IMG/VR virus record: IMGVR_UViG_3300025168_000056
Span: 13,850 to 77,849 of that record
Length of the DNA: 64,000 bases
Strand: one strand, 5' to 3'
Origin: a virus
Under the pieces are notes generated by a model, which saw only the letters and a program-made list of their open reading frames with translations, did not search any database and had not been told where the DNA came from. Numbering within the stretch: position 1 is the stretch's first letter; every line of letters begins with the position of its first letter. A program made the translations under genes and the position numbers. This document shows positions 11,701 to 19,190 of this stretch, piece after piece.

Positions 11701-13447
11701 CAAGTTGATGATGAAGCATTATAACTCCCAAGGCTGTGACTCAGAGCGAATAAGTCAGCAAAAAGAAGATTTTGCTACTGAAATTAAGGGCGAGACTGAA
11801 CAGGCTATAGCGAGCTTAATCGGAGATATGATGACAGAAGATCTAATATATTATGTTAACTTACCTTATGCTAAAATAACTTCCTTCTTATCATATGGTC
11901 CACATAGCACATACGACGACTTCATAGGAGACAATAGTCTTGTGATACGCTCAAACGCGCAACACAATGAACTTCTGAAAACCAGAGTCGCCAGCGCACT
12001 GAGTACAGCTTTCGGGGCGGATAGCCAAGCAGGAACCTCCGACGCTGAGAAAAATCAAATTCAAGCTGCCCTCTTGGGTAACGATCCTCGCGAAGCCGAC
12101 TTGTCTTTCTTCTATTTAAGTGATTTAATCGACATGGTTCTTGTAAAAATAGAAACTGGGATAACCAGAACTATTGAAAATATAGATGATATCAGCCTGC
12201 GCCCCGGAGGTCATGTAATAGCATGCGAGGAAAAGAGAGCTAAGAAAAAAGACTATCTTAACGCACAAAAGAATTTAAAAAAATTAAGAATAATGCTCGG
12301 ACCAATGGAATTGTCCCACCCCAAATCAGCCGACGGGTACAGTTCTGTGCATGTTAATTTAGGAGACTGCCCAATATCAGTAAAATACTTCGTTGAGTGG
12401 TTGACCAGTAAAATGCTTCAGAAAGATGAAGTTACCTATAATTTAACTAAATTTGTAAACGATCTTATTAATAATTTAATAAGAAACTTCTTAAACAACG
12501 ATCAATGTTTTGGATATAGCGTGAAACAAAAGACTAGATTAAATCAGTCAGCTATATCCAGTTATGGCGCTCATCCCACCTATGACCCAGTTACACTTCC
12601 CGCGGTGGCGGCAGCAGAAGCAGCCATCGGCGCCGCTAACGCCTCTATGGAAGCGACCGCAACAGAAGCCGCCGCTACAGGCGCCAGCGTCGCCGCCCAA
12701 GTCGCTGGCATCGCCGGTGCAATGGCGGGATCGCTGGCAGACGGCGGAAATAAAGCAAACTTCCGAGCGCGCCTAAGCGATTATGAGATGCCTGTTTTAA
12801 ATCCATCTGGACCCAGCAATAGTGCTAGAACAAGCATGCCGGTTTCCAATGAGTATAACTACTTTGTTTACTTCGCTGGTCGTGTCATGCCGACAGAATT
12901 GATGAAAGGTGAGAAGCAATCTGATGAAGAAAAATTTGGTATATTTCATTATATGCTCGGCCGAGATCGAGGGTTGGTTAAAAATATAAAACTCACGAAG
13001 ACACAAACAAAAGGGTTAGCTGAAGTGAGGTTCGAGCAATCTGGGTATGATGGTTTACAACAGTTAAGAGTTACCTATGATGCCCAAGTAGATATGTTCG
13101 CCAGCGTCAACACCTTTCCGGGAACATATATCTATATTGATCCCCGTGGCTTCGCACCTGAAGGTTCAGGGGATGAAAACTTCAGACTCACATCTCTTGG
13201 TATCGGTGGGTACTATATGATTATTCGATCAGAGCATGAGTTTGCTGAGGGCAAAGCAAATACAGTACTACATACTAAATGGGTAAATCAGGTGGATGGA
13301 GAAGAAAGTGAAAGAGCTTCTCAAATGGCAGTTTCCTCTACCGGTACCGGAGACATACAATCGCGTAAGTGCTCCATCTCTTTAAGACCGAACCCAGAAG
13401 AAGAGCTTCCAGAGACAGCCGGAATTGGCAGTCTGCTTGGTTTTTAA
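8765..13447 (+). CDS. Large baseplate hub-like structural protein
   Basis: C-terminal FPGTYIYIDP...LGIGGYYMIIRSEHEF resembles gp27/gpD-type hub ends; position after LysM wedge gene. Confidence 0.6.
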   Translation: MAGGGGDAAWGTATGAQGSSAAPSTSEPCVDGVNGTGPGKKCESTIDAAKRQINEAVAASVLEQAPAVLESAQFIIDSSQLCVATRNSVLESLTSIFGTIDVNPWLELGNQQYFEKRREDQKTMYDHTYRAPESWRVGSPIEGDKTWGNYARTAYKERLNTGTLTSSPVSTHLWMNEMSEMVLSAPNYGPWDVRDVLPYSFKKWSWVSELDETFSTKVPDFGAFDTADQALYDSRFTTPNGEVDPFHHWHMRTDLNAIEAISYTQYGDTRDQDNAMADQNITSAVLKSWPFGWLTTLETAMAMIGYYTQASDQTLLQSSDLRSGPEYHREYSLFTERDIRHLSGDGDAQVGWNSIMDANHSNLRSWTKANRRPYLPPSSAGGGAPVEGMNTPENFVVRSFSEVNAGGKMCEDAEPWQPSTMYVDYSRRSAQLYDMRPYTMLMTGGVLNQGLWNSKWTVSPDYSDRTFFKPWTSSDGSFIDRTKAKLQADADRFAALATTIRSLPEDLSNSDDTFLMTQNQATVASAMLAMFSKQYGQTSLSSTLSETTQDEGIRQMTFIKQNDVYGQLSNLLNSVASFLGGTLDEISTRHDKILDSHRRTIMATCDAINEIAGAFNDDDDWYNIFDDFDDHMEDVVRGDIGNPFDQLGDILISTGATNVMFKEQCFLLSFIADFAASKRVNMDRGNEAAPATKRLPYYQSVANRKSLDNNATILMDGGSYGFLNKLTQNPKLTRFYNALNHELSNLQPKIRLWKVIFDEEGNEQEVEIKFESHFSAADLDMFKNSVARGVGAGLKSFNFVYDGSNPFSVKKSIKANLKIFANTMSEILRDRPSHYVDDQGTLQPTTYRYSDLAMKTWNTAAESAEDTEESATPAPCGAPTFDILSENTEKSELNFRLKAEVGFSQPINEMSSMHEKLREALSESFVTLNLTPTVHNFEIDEMGRVIFNLNFLAYIEQFFDQSMFNVFSSSDIELNRIFRKLMMKHYNSQGCDSERISQQKEDFATEIKGETEQAIASLIGDMMTEDLIYYVNLPYAKITSFLSYGPHSTYDDFIGDNSLVIRSNAQHNELLKTRVASALSTAFGADSQAGTSDAEKNQIQAALLGNDPREADLSFFYLSDLIDMVLVKIETGITRTIENIDDISLRPGGHVIACEEKRAKKKDYLNAQKNLKKLRIMLGPMELSHPKSADGYSSVHVNLGDCPISVKYFVEWLTSKMLQKDEVTYNLTKFVNDLINNLIRNFLNNDQCFGYSVKQKTRLNQSAISSYGAHPTYDPVTLPAVAAAEAAIGAANASMEATATEAAATGASVAAQVAGIAGAMAGSLADGGNKANFRARLSDYEMPVLNPSGPSNSARTSMPVSNEYNYFVYFAGRVMPTELMKGEKQSDEEKFGIFHYMLGRDRGLVKNIKLTKTQTKGLAEVRFEQSGYDGLQQLRVTYDAQVDMFASVNTFPGTYIYIDPRGFAPEGSGDENFRLTSLGIGGYYMIIRSEHEFAEGKANTVLHTKWVNQVDGEESERASQMAVSSTGTGDIQSRKCSISLRPNPEEELPETAGIGSLLGF

Positions 13448-13474
13448 TAAAAGGCGACAATAGAGAGGAATAAG

Positions 13475-14734
13475 ATGACACAATATTACGCAAAATCAAA
13501 TAATGAGAAGACCTCTGATTTATTTAACAAAAGGCTAAGGTACCGAATTCGCGCTAAAAACGCGCGCTATCAAAATAATAATCTAGTTGATTTTACAATT
13601 GGTGAAAAAAAATTGTATGGCAAAGTAGATATGTGGCACTCTCCTATTTTTGTAAAACACGAATCGAGACTGAAGCAGATTAGAAGCCAAAATCCCGAAC
13701 AACCGCTGAGAGCATTTAGCTTTGTTGCTGACTTGTTTAACCAGATGGTATCAGAGTTTGAGCGGTGTATGACAAATGGGCAAATTAGCAAAACAGATCC
13801 CTATTTATCTGAACTTAAAGCATACAAGGCATTCGAGGATCCCACTACCGGATTCAATGAATACAAAGATATATTGTTTGATAAAATTAAGAGTCGATTT
13901 ATGTTAGCTAATATAATGGTAGAAGATTTTCCTCATTTTTTAGACGAGTTTATGAAGATAGCAAAGATCGCCATGAAAACTACACCGTTCACCCGCTCAG
14001 CATATATGAAAAGCGATCTTAATTCGATAATGAGCAGCGGACTGGCGATTGAGATCGCCGATCTGGATTACAGCGATGATGAAGGGAAAGTAGAGACTCT
14101 CCTTAAAAGCAAAAACTGGCAATTCTTTGTTAATGCTTGCAATAAGCATGGATTTATCATTGATCGTAATATACCGTGGAGAATAATTTGCGATGTCAAA
14201 GCACCAGAAATTGAAATAGTGCGCAATCAGTATTACTTAACATCTATGGATTTGTTTAATCAGGGATTCACGCACGCTTCAATTGATGGGTTGACTTTTT
14301 TACCCAGACAGCTGCTGCAACTCTACAACAAAGTTAAAAGAAAAAGATTTAAAAAACAAGTTATATGTGGAAAGAAGATGACTTATAAGGTCATTACTCC
14401 TCCAAGTTATTCTGTCAACGATCTCATTGGTCTGTATGGTTTAGATCATTGGGCTAAAATTTATATGAAGTTAAGGCTAATCGAAGAAAAGCCGGACATG
14501 GATCATCACCAAAAAAAATCTTTGGTCCGAGATACTCTTGAATACTTGAGGCTTAAAGGAGATTATTCGATTGTAGAAATATATTTTGAAAGATTTATTA
14601 ATAAACCATTTGACAAAAGGTATTCCGCCACGTATAATAAGAATGTACTCCAACCTGCGATTGCCCAAGTGATGCAGGAACAGAGTATAGCATATTCTGC
14701 TAGCAGCATCAAACAGGCTATGACGAGTTATTAA
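13475..14734 (+). CDS. Hypothetical phage protein
   Basis: 419-aa ORF with SD; no motif recognised. Confidence 0.7.
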   Translation: MTQYYAKSNNEKTSDLFNKRLRYRIRAKNARYQNNNLVDFTIGEKKLYGKVDMWHSPIFVKHESRLKQIRSQNPEQPLRAFSFVADLFNQMVSEFERCMTNGQISKTDPYLSELKAYKAFEDPTTGFNEYKDILFDKIKSRFMLANIMVEDFPHFLDEFMKIAKIAMKTTPFTRSAYMKSDLNSIMSSGLAIEIADLDYSDDEGKVETLLKSKNWQFFVNACNKHGFIIDRNIPWRIICDVKAPEIEIVRNQYYLTSMDLFNQGFTHASIDGLTFLPRQLLQLYNKVKRKRFKKQVICGKKMTYKVITPPSYSVNDLIGLYGLDHWAKIYMKLRLIEEKPDMDHHQKKSLVRDTLEYLRLKGDYSIVEIYFERFINKPFDKRYSATYNKNVLQPAIAQVMQEQSIAYSASSIKQAMTSY

Positions 14735-15912
14735 TGATTTTTCAAACACTGGACGATAAGTCCGAATGTATTGGAGTGTATGTTGAGGGGCAGCTGCATT
14801 TCAACAGTATTCCTGACAACCTAACAACAACATGGAAATACACAGGCTCTCTTGAAAACAGAGATGTAGAGTTTGTGGGCTTGTGGGTCAATGGTCTAGA
14901 ATTGGAAGAATGCTGCCCAGAAGAGCACGCAGTCGAGTTAAAGCAGTGCCGTAATAAACTTGAGGCTTATCTAAAATCTTTCAAGATCGCAAAAGTCAAT
15001 ATGAGAGATCACTGTATATTCGATATGATCCCTCAAGATTTCTTGATGCGATTTTGCGAAGTCAAAAACAAGGTCACAAAGCATGTCAAAGAAAACTGGG
15101 AAAGACCTAACAATTATAAGCACCTATCCGATGTTTCTAAGCTTCTGCATAAGATAAAATATCAAAATCTTAATTTATCTACACAAGACTGCCGCCATCT
15201 GCTGGTCTCCTCAAGAGATCGAGACAAAGCTAAGCTTCTGCTATCAAACTATAGGCAGATTGACTACAACCTCTTTGGCACTGTTACCGGTAGGCTGACA
15301 ACACGTCCGGATTCTTTCCCGATTCTGACTTTGAAGAAAGAACTACGACAAATGGTCAAGCCACAGAATGATTTGTTTGTTTGCTTTGATTACAACGGAG
15401 CAGAGGTCAGAACACTGCTTGAGCTTTGCGGTGAAGAGCAGCCAGAGATTGATATCCATGAGTGGAACAGTCGCCATCTTTTTGAACAAGAGATCACCAG
15501 AGAGGAATGCAAGGTGCGGTTTTTTGCATGGCTCTATGATCCTAAATCAAAAGATATCAAGAGTGAGCAGTATGATCGAAAGAAAGTTCTTGACAACTGG
15601 TACACCGACGGTTATATTAGTACACCATACGGTCGAAAGATTCGAGTAGAGGAAAGAAAAGCATTGAATTATTTGCTGCAAAGCACCACATCCGACAGGG
15701 TTCTCTCCAAGGCGGTAGAGATCGACAGGTTCCTGACAAACAATAATTGTAGTTCCTACATATCACATATCGTTCACGATGAGATCGTGATTGACTACTG
15801 CGACGAAGACCGGAAACTGATACCACAGATCAAAGAGATTTTTGAAGATGGGTATCCTTGCAATCTCACTGCCGGAAAGGATTATTACAATCTTAAAGAG
15901 TTGAAAATATGA
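14734..15912 (+). CDS. Minimal family A DNA polymerase domain protein
   Basis: GTVTGRL, motif A DYNGAEVR, motif B REECK..FF..LY, LNYLLQSTTSD, motif C VHDE. Confidence 0.85.
   Translation: MIFQTLDDKSECIGVYVEGQLHFNSIPDNLTTTWKYTGSLENRDVEFVGLWVNGLELEECCPEEHAVELKQCRNKLEAYLKSFKIAKVNMRDHCIFDMIPQDFLMRFCEVKNKVTKHVKENWERPNNYKHLSDVSKLLHKIKYQNLNLSTQDCRHLLVSSRDRDKAKLLLSNYRQIDYNLFGTVTGRLTTRPDSFPILTLKKELRQMVKPQNDLFVCFDYNGAEVRTLLELCGEEQPEIDIHEWNSRHLFEQEITREECKVRFFAWLYDPKSKDIKSEQYDRKKVLDNWYTDGYISTPYGRKIRVEERKALNYLLQSTTSDRVLSKAVEIDRFLTNNNCSSYISHIVHDEIVIDYCDEDRKLIPQIKEIFEDGYPCNLTAGKDYYNLKELKI
15590..15618 (+). promoter_or_regulatory. Possible internal sigma70-type promoter upstream of the tubulin-like gene
   Basis: TTGACA-N17-TATATT inside the PolA-like ORF. 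Confidence 0.45.
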
Positions 15913-16751
15913 TCTCCGTAATCGGCATTGGCAATGCGGCCTCTAAGGTCGCAGAGCTATTCAGCGGGACAAGCAACTACGATGTGTACAGCATGAATAG
16001 TTCGGTTAAGCGTTCCTCAAAGCGGAAATTTAAACTAAAGCGCTTTGACGATCCAGAAGATTATGAAACCAACGTCCCAGATCTGAGCAAGTTTTTTGCC
16101 GAGGTGTCTGATGATGTTCAGGTTATTATTACTGGGTCTTCTTATAGTTCAAACTATACTTTGGGCATCTTATCACAAATTAGAGACAAAAATATTGAAG
16201 TATTCTACATAAAGCCTGATTCGGAACTCCTGACTGGCACACCGAAGCTTGTGGAAAATGCTGTGTTTGGTGTGCTTCAAGAGTACGCTCGATCAGGATT
16301 GTTCAAGTCGTTAACTATAATTTCTAATCTTGAAATAGAAAAATCACTTGACAATATTCCAATTAAGAAGTATTATGAGTCTATCAACAATACAATTTTT
16401 TCCATGATTCATTACGTAAACTACTTCACTCACGCTGAACCAGAAATCGGCATGGTTTCCAAGCCACTTGAGATTAATCGCATCCGAGCATACGGAGCCC
16501 TTAATCCAAAGAATCTTGAAGAAAAATGGTTTTTTAATCTTGACAGCCCTCGGGATGTATGTTATTATGTATGTATAAATCAGGAAACACTAGAGACAGA
16601 TGGTACACTACACCGAAGACTTGTTGAAATTCTCAAAAGTAAGCCAAGAAACACATTCCGACGTGTATCATATGCTGTCTATGAAACACCACACCAAACA
16701 GACTTTGGGTTCTGCGTTGCCCATACTAACGTAGTCCAAAAAAACACTTGA
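15909..16751 (+). CDS. Divergent tubulin/FtsZ-family protein
   Basis: N-terminal VIGIGNAASKV; YIKP, LTIISN and YYESIN align with FtsZ elements; GGGTGSG signature is degenerate. Confidence 0.7.
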   Translation: MISVIGIGNAASKVAELFSGTSNYDVYSMNSSVKRSSKRKFKLKRFDDPEDYETNVPDLSKFFAEVSDDVQVIITGSSYSSNYTLGILSQIRDKNIEVFYIKPDSELLTGTPKLVENAVFGVLQEYARSGLFKSLTIISNLEIEKSLDNIPIKKYYESINNTIFSMIHYVNYFTHAEPEIGMVSKPLEINRIRAYGALNPKNLEEKWFFNLDSPRDVCYYVCINQETLETDGTLHRRLVEILKSKPRNTFRRVSYAVYETPHQTDFGFCVAHTNVVQKNT

Positions 16752-16776
16752 CAAGCTAACCCAAGTGTATTAAACT
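16748..16776 (+). promoter_or_regulatory. Sigma70-type promoter for the SSB gene
   Basis: TTGACA-N17-TAAACT. Confidence 0.65.
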
Positions 16777-16829
16777 AGATGTTGAGGAAAGCTCAATATA
16801 CTTTAACCAAATAATCAGGAGAGATTAAA

Positions 16830-17600
16830 ATGACAATTGATATGGAACTAATGCGACGTAAGCTCGCAACACTAAGGGGTAATAACCCCGACCAGAGAAC
16901 TTCGGTTTTCTTTAAGCCAGACGAGGGGGACACTGATATTCGTATCGTGCCCGGTAAGGATGGCGACCCGCTTAAGGAAGTCCACTTCCATTATAATGTG
17001 GGTGAGCACAAGGGCGGCATCATGTGTCCAAAGCGTAACTTTGGAGAGCATTGCCCAATTTGTGAATTTGCTTCGACCTTGTGGAAGGAAGGAGTAGCAA
17101 CTAACGATGAGGAAAGCAAGAAGCTTGCAAAGAGTCTCTTTGTACGCCAACGGTATTTCTCACCAGTCGTAGTCCGCGGCCGAGAGGACGAGGGAATTAA
17201 GATGTATGGCTATGGAAAGAAAGCTTATGAGCTTCTTCTTGGTTATATCCTTGACCCGGAGTACGGCGATATTACAGATCTTCAGTCTGGAACCGATATT
17301 ACGTTGACTTACACTAAGCCAAATAAGCCCGGTGCCTATCCTCAAACTAACTTGAAGATGCGTCGCAACACATCCACACTACTGCCTGATACGGAAGCGA
17401 TCCCTGCCCTCCTCGATCGTATGCCTGATGTAGATACTCTTTTTGAGCGTCTTAGTCCAGAGCAGGTTGACGCAATTCTCGATGCACAGCTTTCTGGAAA
17501 TACTTCCGCTGAAAGCCGCTCATCCGAGACAGCTAAGTACGGTCCCTCCAACGGAACAAGTGAGGTTGATCGCGCATTTAATGAACTAATGAACGGCTGA
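16830..17600 (+). CDS. Single-stranded DNA-binding protein (T4 gp32-like)
   Basis: FFKP..G...IRIVP, HY..., CP...GEHCPICE zinc site, YGDITD...G.DI, acidic tail ending VDRAFNELM. Confidence 0.85.
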   Translation: MTIDMELMRRKLATLRGNNPDQRTSVFFKPDEGDTDIRIVPGKDGDPLKEVHFHYNVGEHKGGIMCPKRNFGEHCPICEFASTLWKEGVATNDEESKKLAKSLFVRQRYFSPVVVRGREDEGIKMYGYGKKAYELLLGYILDPEYGDITDLQSGTDITLTYTKPNKPGAYPQTNLKMRRNTSTLLPDTEAIPALLDRMPDVDTLFERLSPEQVDAILDAQLSGNTSAESRSSETAKYGPSNGTSEVDRAFNELMNG

Positions 17601-17620
17601 TCTAAATAGTTGGTTTGAGA

Positions 17621-17661
17621 ACCGATGGCAGACCGGGTGTGTAAATAGTCTGCCACATTTT
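17621..17661 (+). repeat. Pseudoknot/terminator-like repeat, copy 1 (divergent)
   Basis: ACCG-A-TGGCAGAC-CGGGTGTGTAAATA-GTCTGCCA-CATTTT. Confidence 0.8.
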
Positions 17662-17680
17662 CTAATAAAAGGAGATAATC

Positions 17681-17971
17681 ATGTTAGAATCATTGAAATC
17701 ACTGTGGGCGCGATGGAGAGTACAAGTGAGTGTTGTGGGTGGCGTTTTAGTCGTCGCAACTGCTTACGGTACCTGCTCTTACGAGCCACAAGTTGTGTCG
17801 GACGCGGGAGAAACCTCTAGCGCCGTCGAAACAACGGGAGAGAGTACTTCCGTAGAAGTGTCAGAGGAAATTACTACCACTAATACTGCTGAAACAACCA
17901 CCGGTGCTGATGATGAAGGTACCACCACGGAGACCACCAACAGTGGTACCGATAACACTACAAGCGAGTAG
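17681..17971 (+). CDS. Small membrane-anchored or lipoprotein-like protein with Thr/Glu-rich tail
   Basis: Hydrophobic N-terminal segment, Cys in AYGTC, low-complexity tail, strong SD. Confidence 0.75.
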   Translation: MLESLKSLWARWRVQVSVVGGVLVVATAYGTCSYEPQVVSDAGETSSAVETTGESTSVEVSEEITTTNTAETTTGADDEGTTTETTNSGTDNTTSE

Positions 17972-17980
17972 TAAGCAAAT

Positions 17981-18020
17981 AGCCGCTGGCAGACCGGTCA
18001 AAAGTCTGCCGCTTTTTAAG
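17981..18020 (+). repeat. Pseudoknot/terminator-like repeat, copy 2
   Basis: AGCCGCTGGCAGACCGGTCAAAAGTCTGCCGCTTTTTAAG. Confidence 0.9.
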
Positions 18021-18023
18021 TCC

Positions 18024-18078
18024 TTGACAATTCCTTGACAAGAACTACCTTGCAATCCTCGTTTACCTATGGTATATT
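18024..18078 (+). promoter_or_regulatory. Promoter with upstream tandem box
   Basis: TTGACA(18024), TTGACA(18035), -35 TTGCAA(18050)-N17-TATATT. Confidence 0.75.
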
Positions 18079-18105
18079 ATATAGGTAATCAAGAAGGAGA
18101 AACCA

Positions 18106-18756
18106 ATGAAGATTATACCAACAATATTCGCTATGCTTTTAGCAGCCCCAACCGCCGAAGCAGCCCGAACACCCTACATGTGGGGCATCGGACCAACGGT
18201 TAGTACTATAGTTCTACCAGGAAACCACCCGTTTGAGTTTCCAGATGTAGTTAAATCTGCTGGATTTAAGACGACCGGTGGCGATGTCGGATTTGGTTTG
18301 CATGGCGTTTTGCATATGCGAAAGAACCAACGATTCGGCTCTCACATGTGGTATCACGTTGGAGATAATGGATACAGTAGCCCCAATATGACGTTAGACT
18401 ACGATTTTATCGGTACGTCAGCAAACAACGTTCACATTCTCGCCGGACTTGGTGTGGGCTTTGGCTCTCAAAGCTGGCTTAAGGAGAATGGCGCCGAGTT
18501 TAGGATGAATACCTTCATCGCACGCGCCCAAGCCAGTGTTGGGTTCCGTTCCAAGAGAAACTGCTATCAGGTTGGCGCATTTATGAATTTACATGTTCCT
18601 GGCGATCAGACGATCAATCGGACCAATGGCACACAGACAGATGTTCCTTTCACTATCTACCCAACATTTGGGTTAGAATTTACTGCCTTCTTCGGAGATT
18701 TTAAGCCACCAAAGAAGCGTAGTAATCGCCGACGCAAGAAGAACAAGAAGAACTGA
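18106..18756 (+). CDS. Exported protein, probable outer-membrane beta-barrel, with basic C-terminal tail
   Basis: Signal peptide ending AEA; alternating beta-strand pattern rich in Gly and aromatics; Lys/Arg tail. Confidence 0.65.
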   Translation: MKIIPTIFAMLLAAPTAEAARTPYMWGIGPTVSTIVLPGNHPFEFPDVVKSAGFKTTGGDVGFGLHGVLHMRKNQRFGSHMWYHVGDNGYSSPNMTLDYDFIGTSANNVHILAGLGVGFGSQSWLKENGAEFRMNTFIARAQASVGFRSKRNCYQVGAFMNLHVPGDQTINRTNGTQTDVPFTIYPTFGLEFTAFFGDFKPPKKRSNRRRKKNKKN

Positions 18757-18771
18757 GACAAGACAGAAGAA

Positions 18772-18810
18772 AGCCGCTGGCAGACCGGTCAAAAGTCTGC
18801 CGCTTTTAAG
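18772..18810 (+). repeat. Pseudoknot/terminator-like repeat, copy 3
   Basis: Identical to copy 2 except one fewer T in the tail. Confidence 0.9.
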
Positions 18811-18831
18811 ATTTTCATAAGAGGAGAAATA

Positions 18832-18945
18832 ATGAAGTTTATCTTACCAATCCTTACCGCTAGCCTACTGATGGCATGTGGAGACAAGGACGAAGACACA
18901 GCAGCTGATTCAGCCGCACCGGCTGAAGACACAGCCGCAGAATGA
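18832..18945 (+). CDS. 37-aa lipoprotein (absent from the ORF track)
   Basis: MKFILPILTASLLMACGDKDEDTAADSAAPAEDTAAE; lipobox LMA-C; SD GAGGAG. Confidence 0.8.
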   Translation: MKFILPILTASLLMACGDKDEDTAADSAAPAEDTAAE

Positions 18946-19005
18946 AAATCGACGATCTGCTAAATTTTTTCCCCGGTAAAAATTCCAGATTTTCGTTTTA
19001 AGCAT

Positions 19006-19040
19006 GCCGCTGGCAGACCGGTTAAAGTCTGCCGCTTTTA
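19006..19040 (+). repeat. Pseudoknot/terminator-like repeat, copy 4
   Basis: GCCGCTGGCAGACCGGTTAAAGTCTGCCGCTTTTA. Confidence 0.9.
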
Positions 19041-19051
19041 AAAAAAAGTTG

Positions 19052-19080
19052 TTTACAAATGTTAACAACTGTTATATAAT
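19052..19080 (+). promoter_or_regulatory. Sigma70-type promoter
   Basis: TTTACA-N17-TATAAT. Confidence 0.7.
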
Positions 19081-19190
19081 GAGAAATATCCAAAGTGGTG
19101 AGGATCATAAAAATCCACATTAACTTAAAAGTGTAACTGCTACGGCTAATAAGCACTTTATCACACCGGCCATTGGCCACGGAGAAACCC

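Noticed and set aside
3-13447. Bacterial extracellular contractile injection system or tailocin
   Set aside because: The tail module is contiguous with phage replication genes, tRNAs and small early genes on one strand, which fits a phage genome.
15909-16751. Evidence for a nucleus-forming (chimallin) phage
   Set aside because: A tubulin-like gene alone is insufficient; no chimallin or phage multisubunit RNA polymerase is recognisable here and promoters are host sigma70-type.
17621-19040. CRISPR array interpretation of the 35-40 nt repeats
   Set aside because: Intervening segments are about 200-750 nt, unequal and protein-coding, and no cas gene is recognisable.
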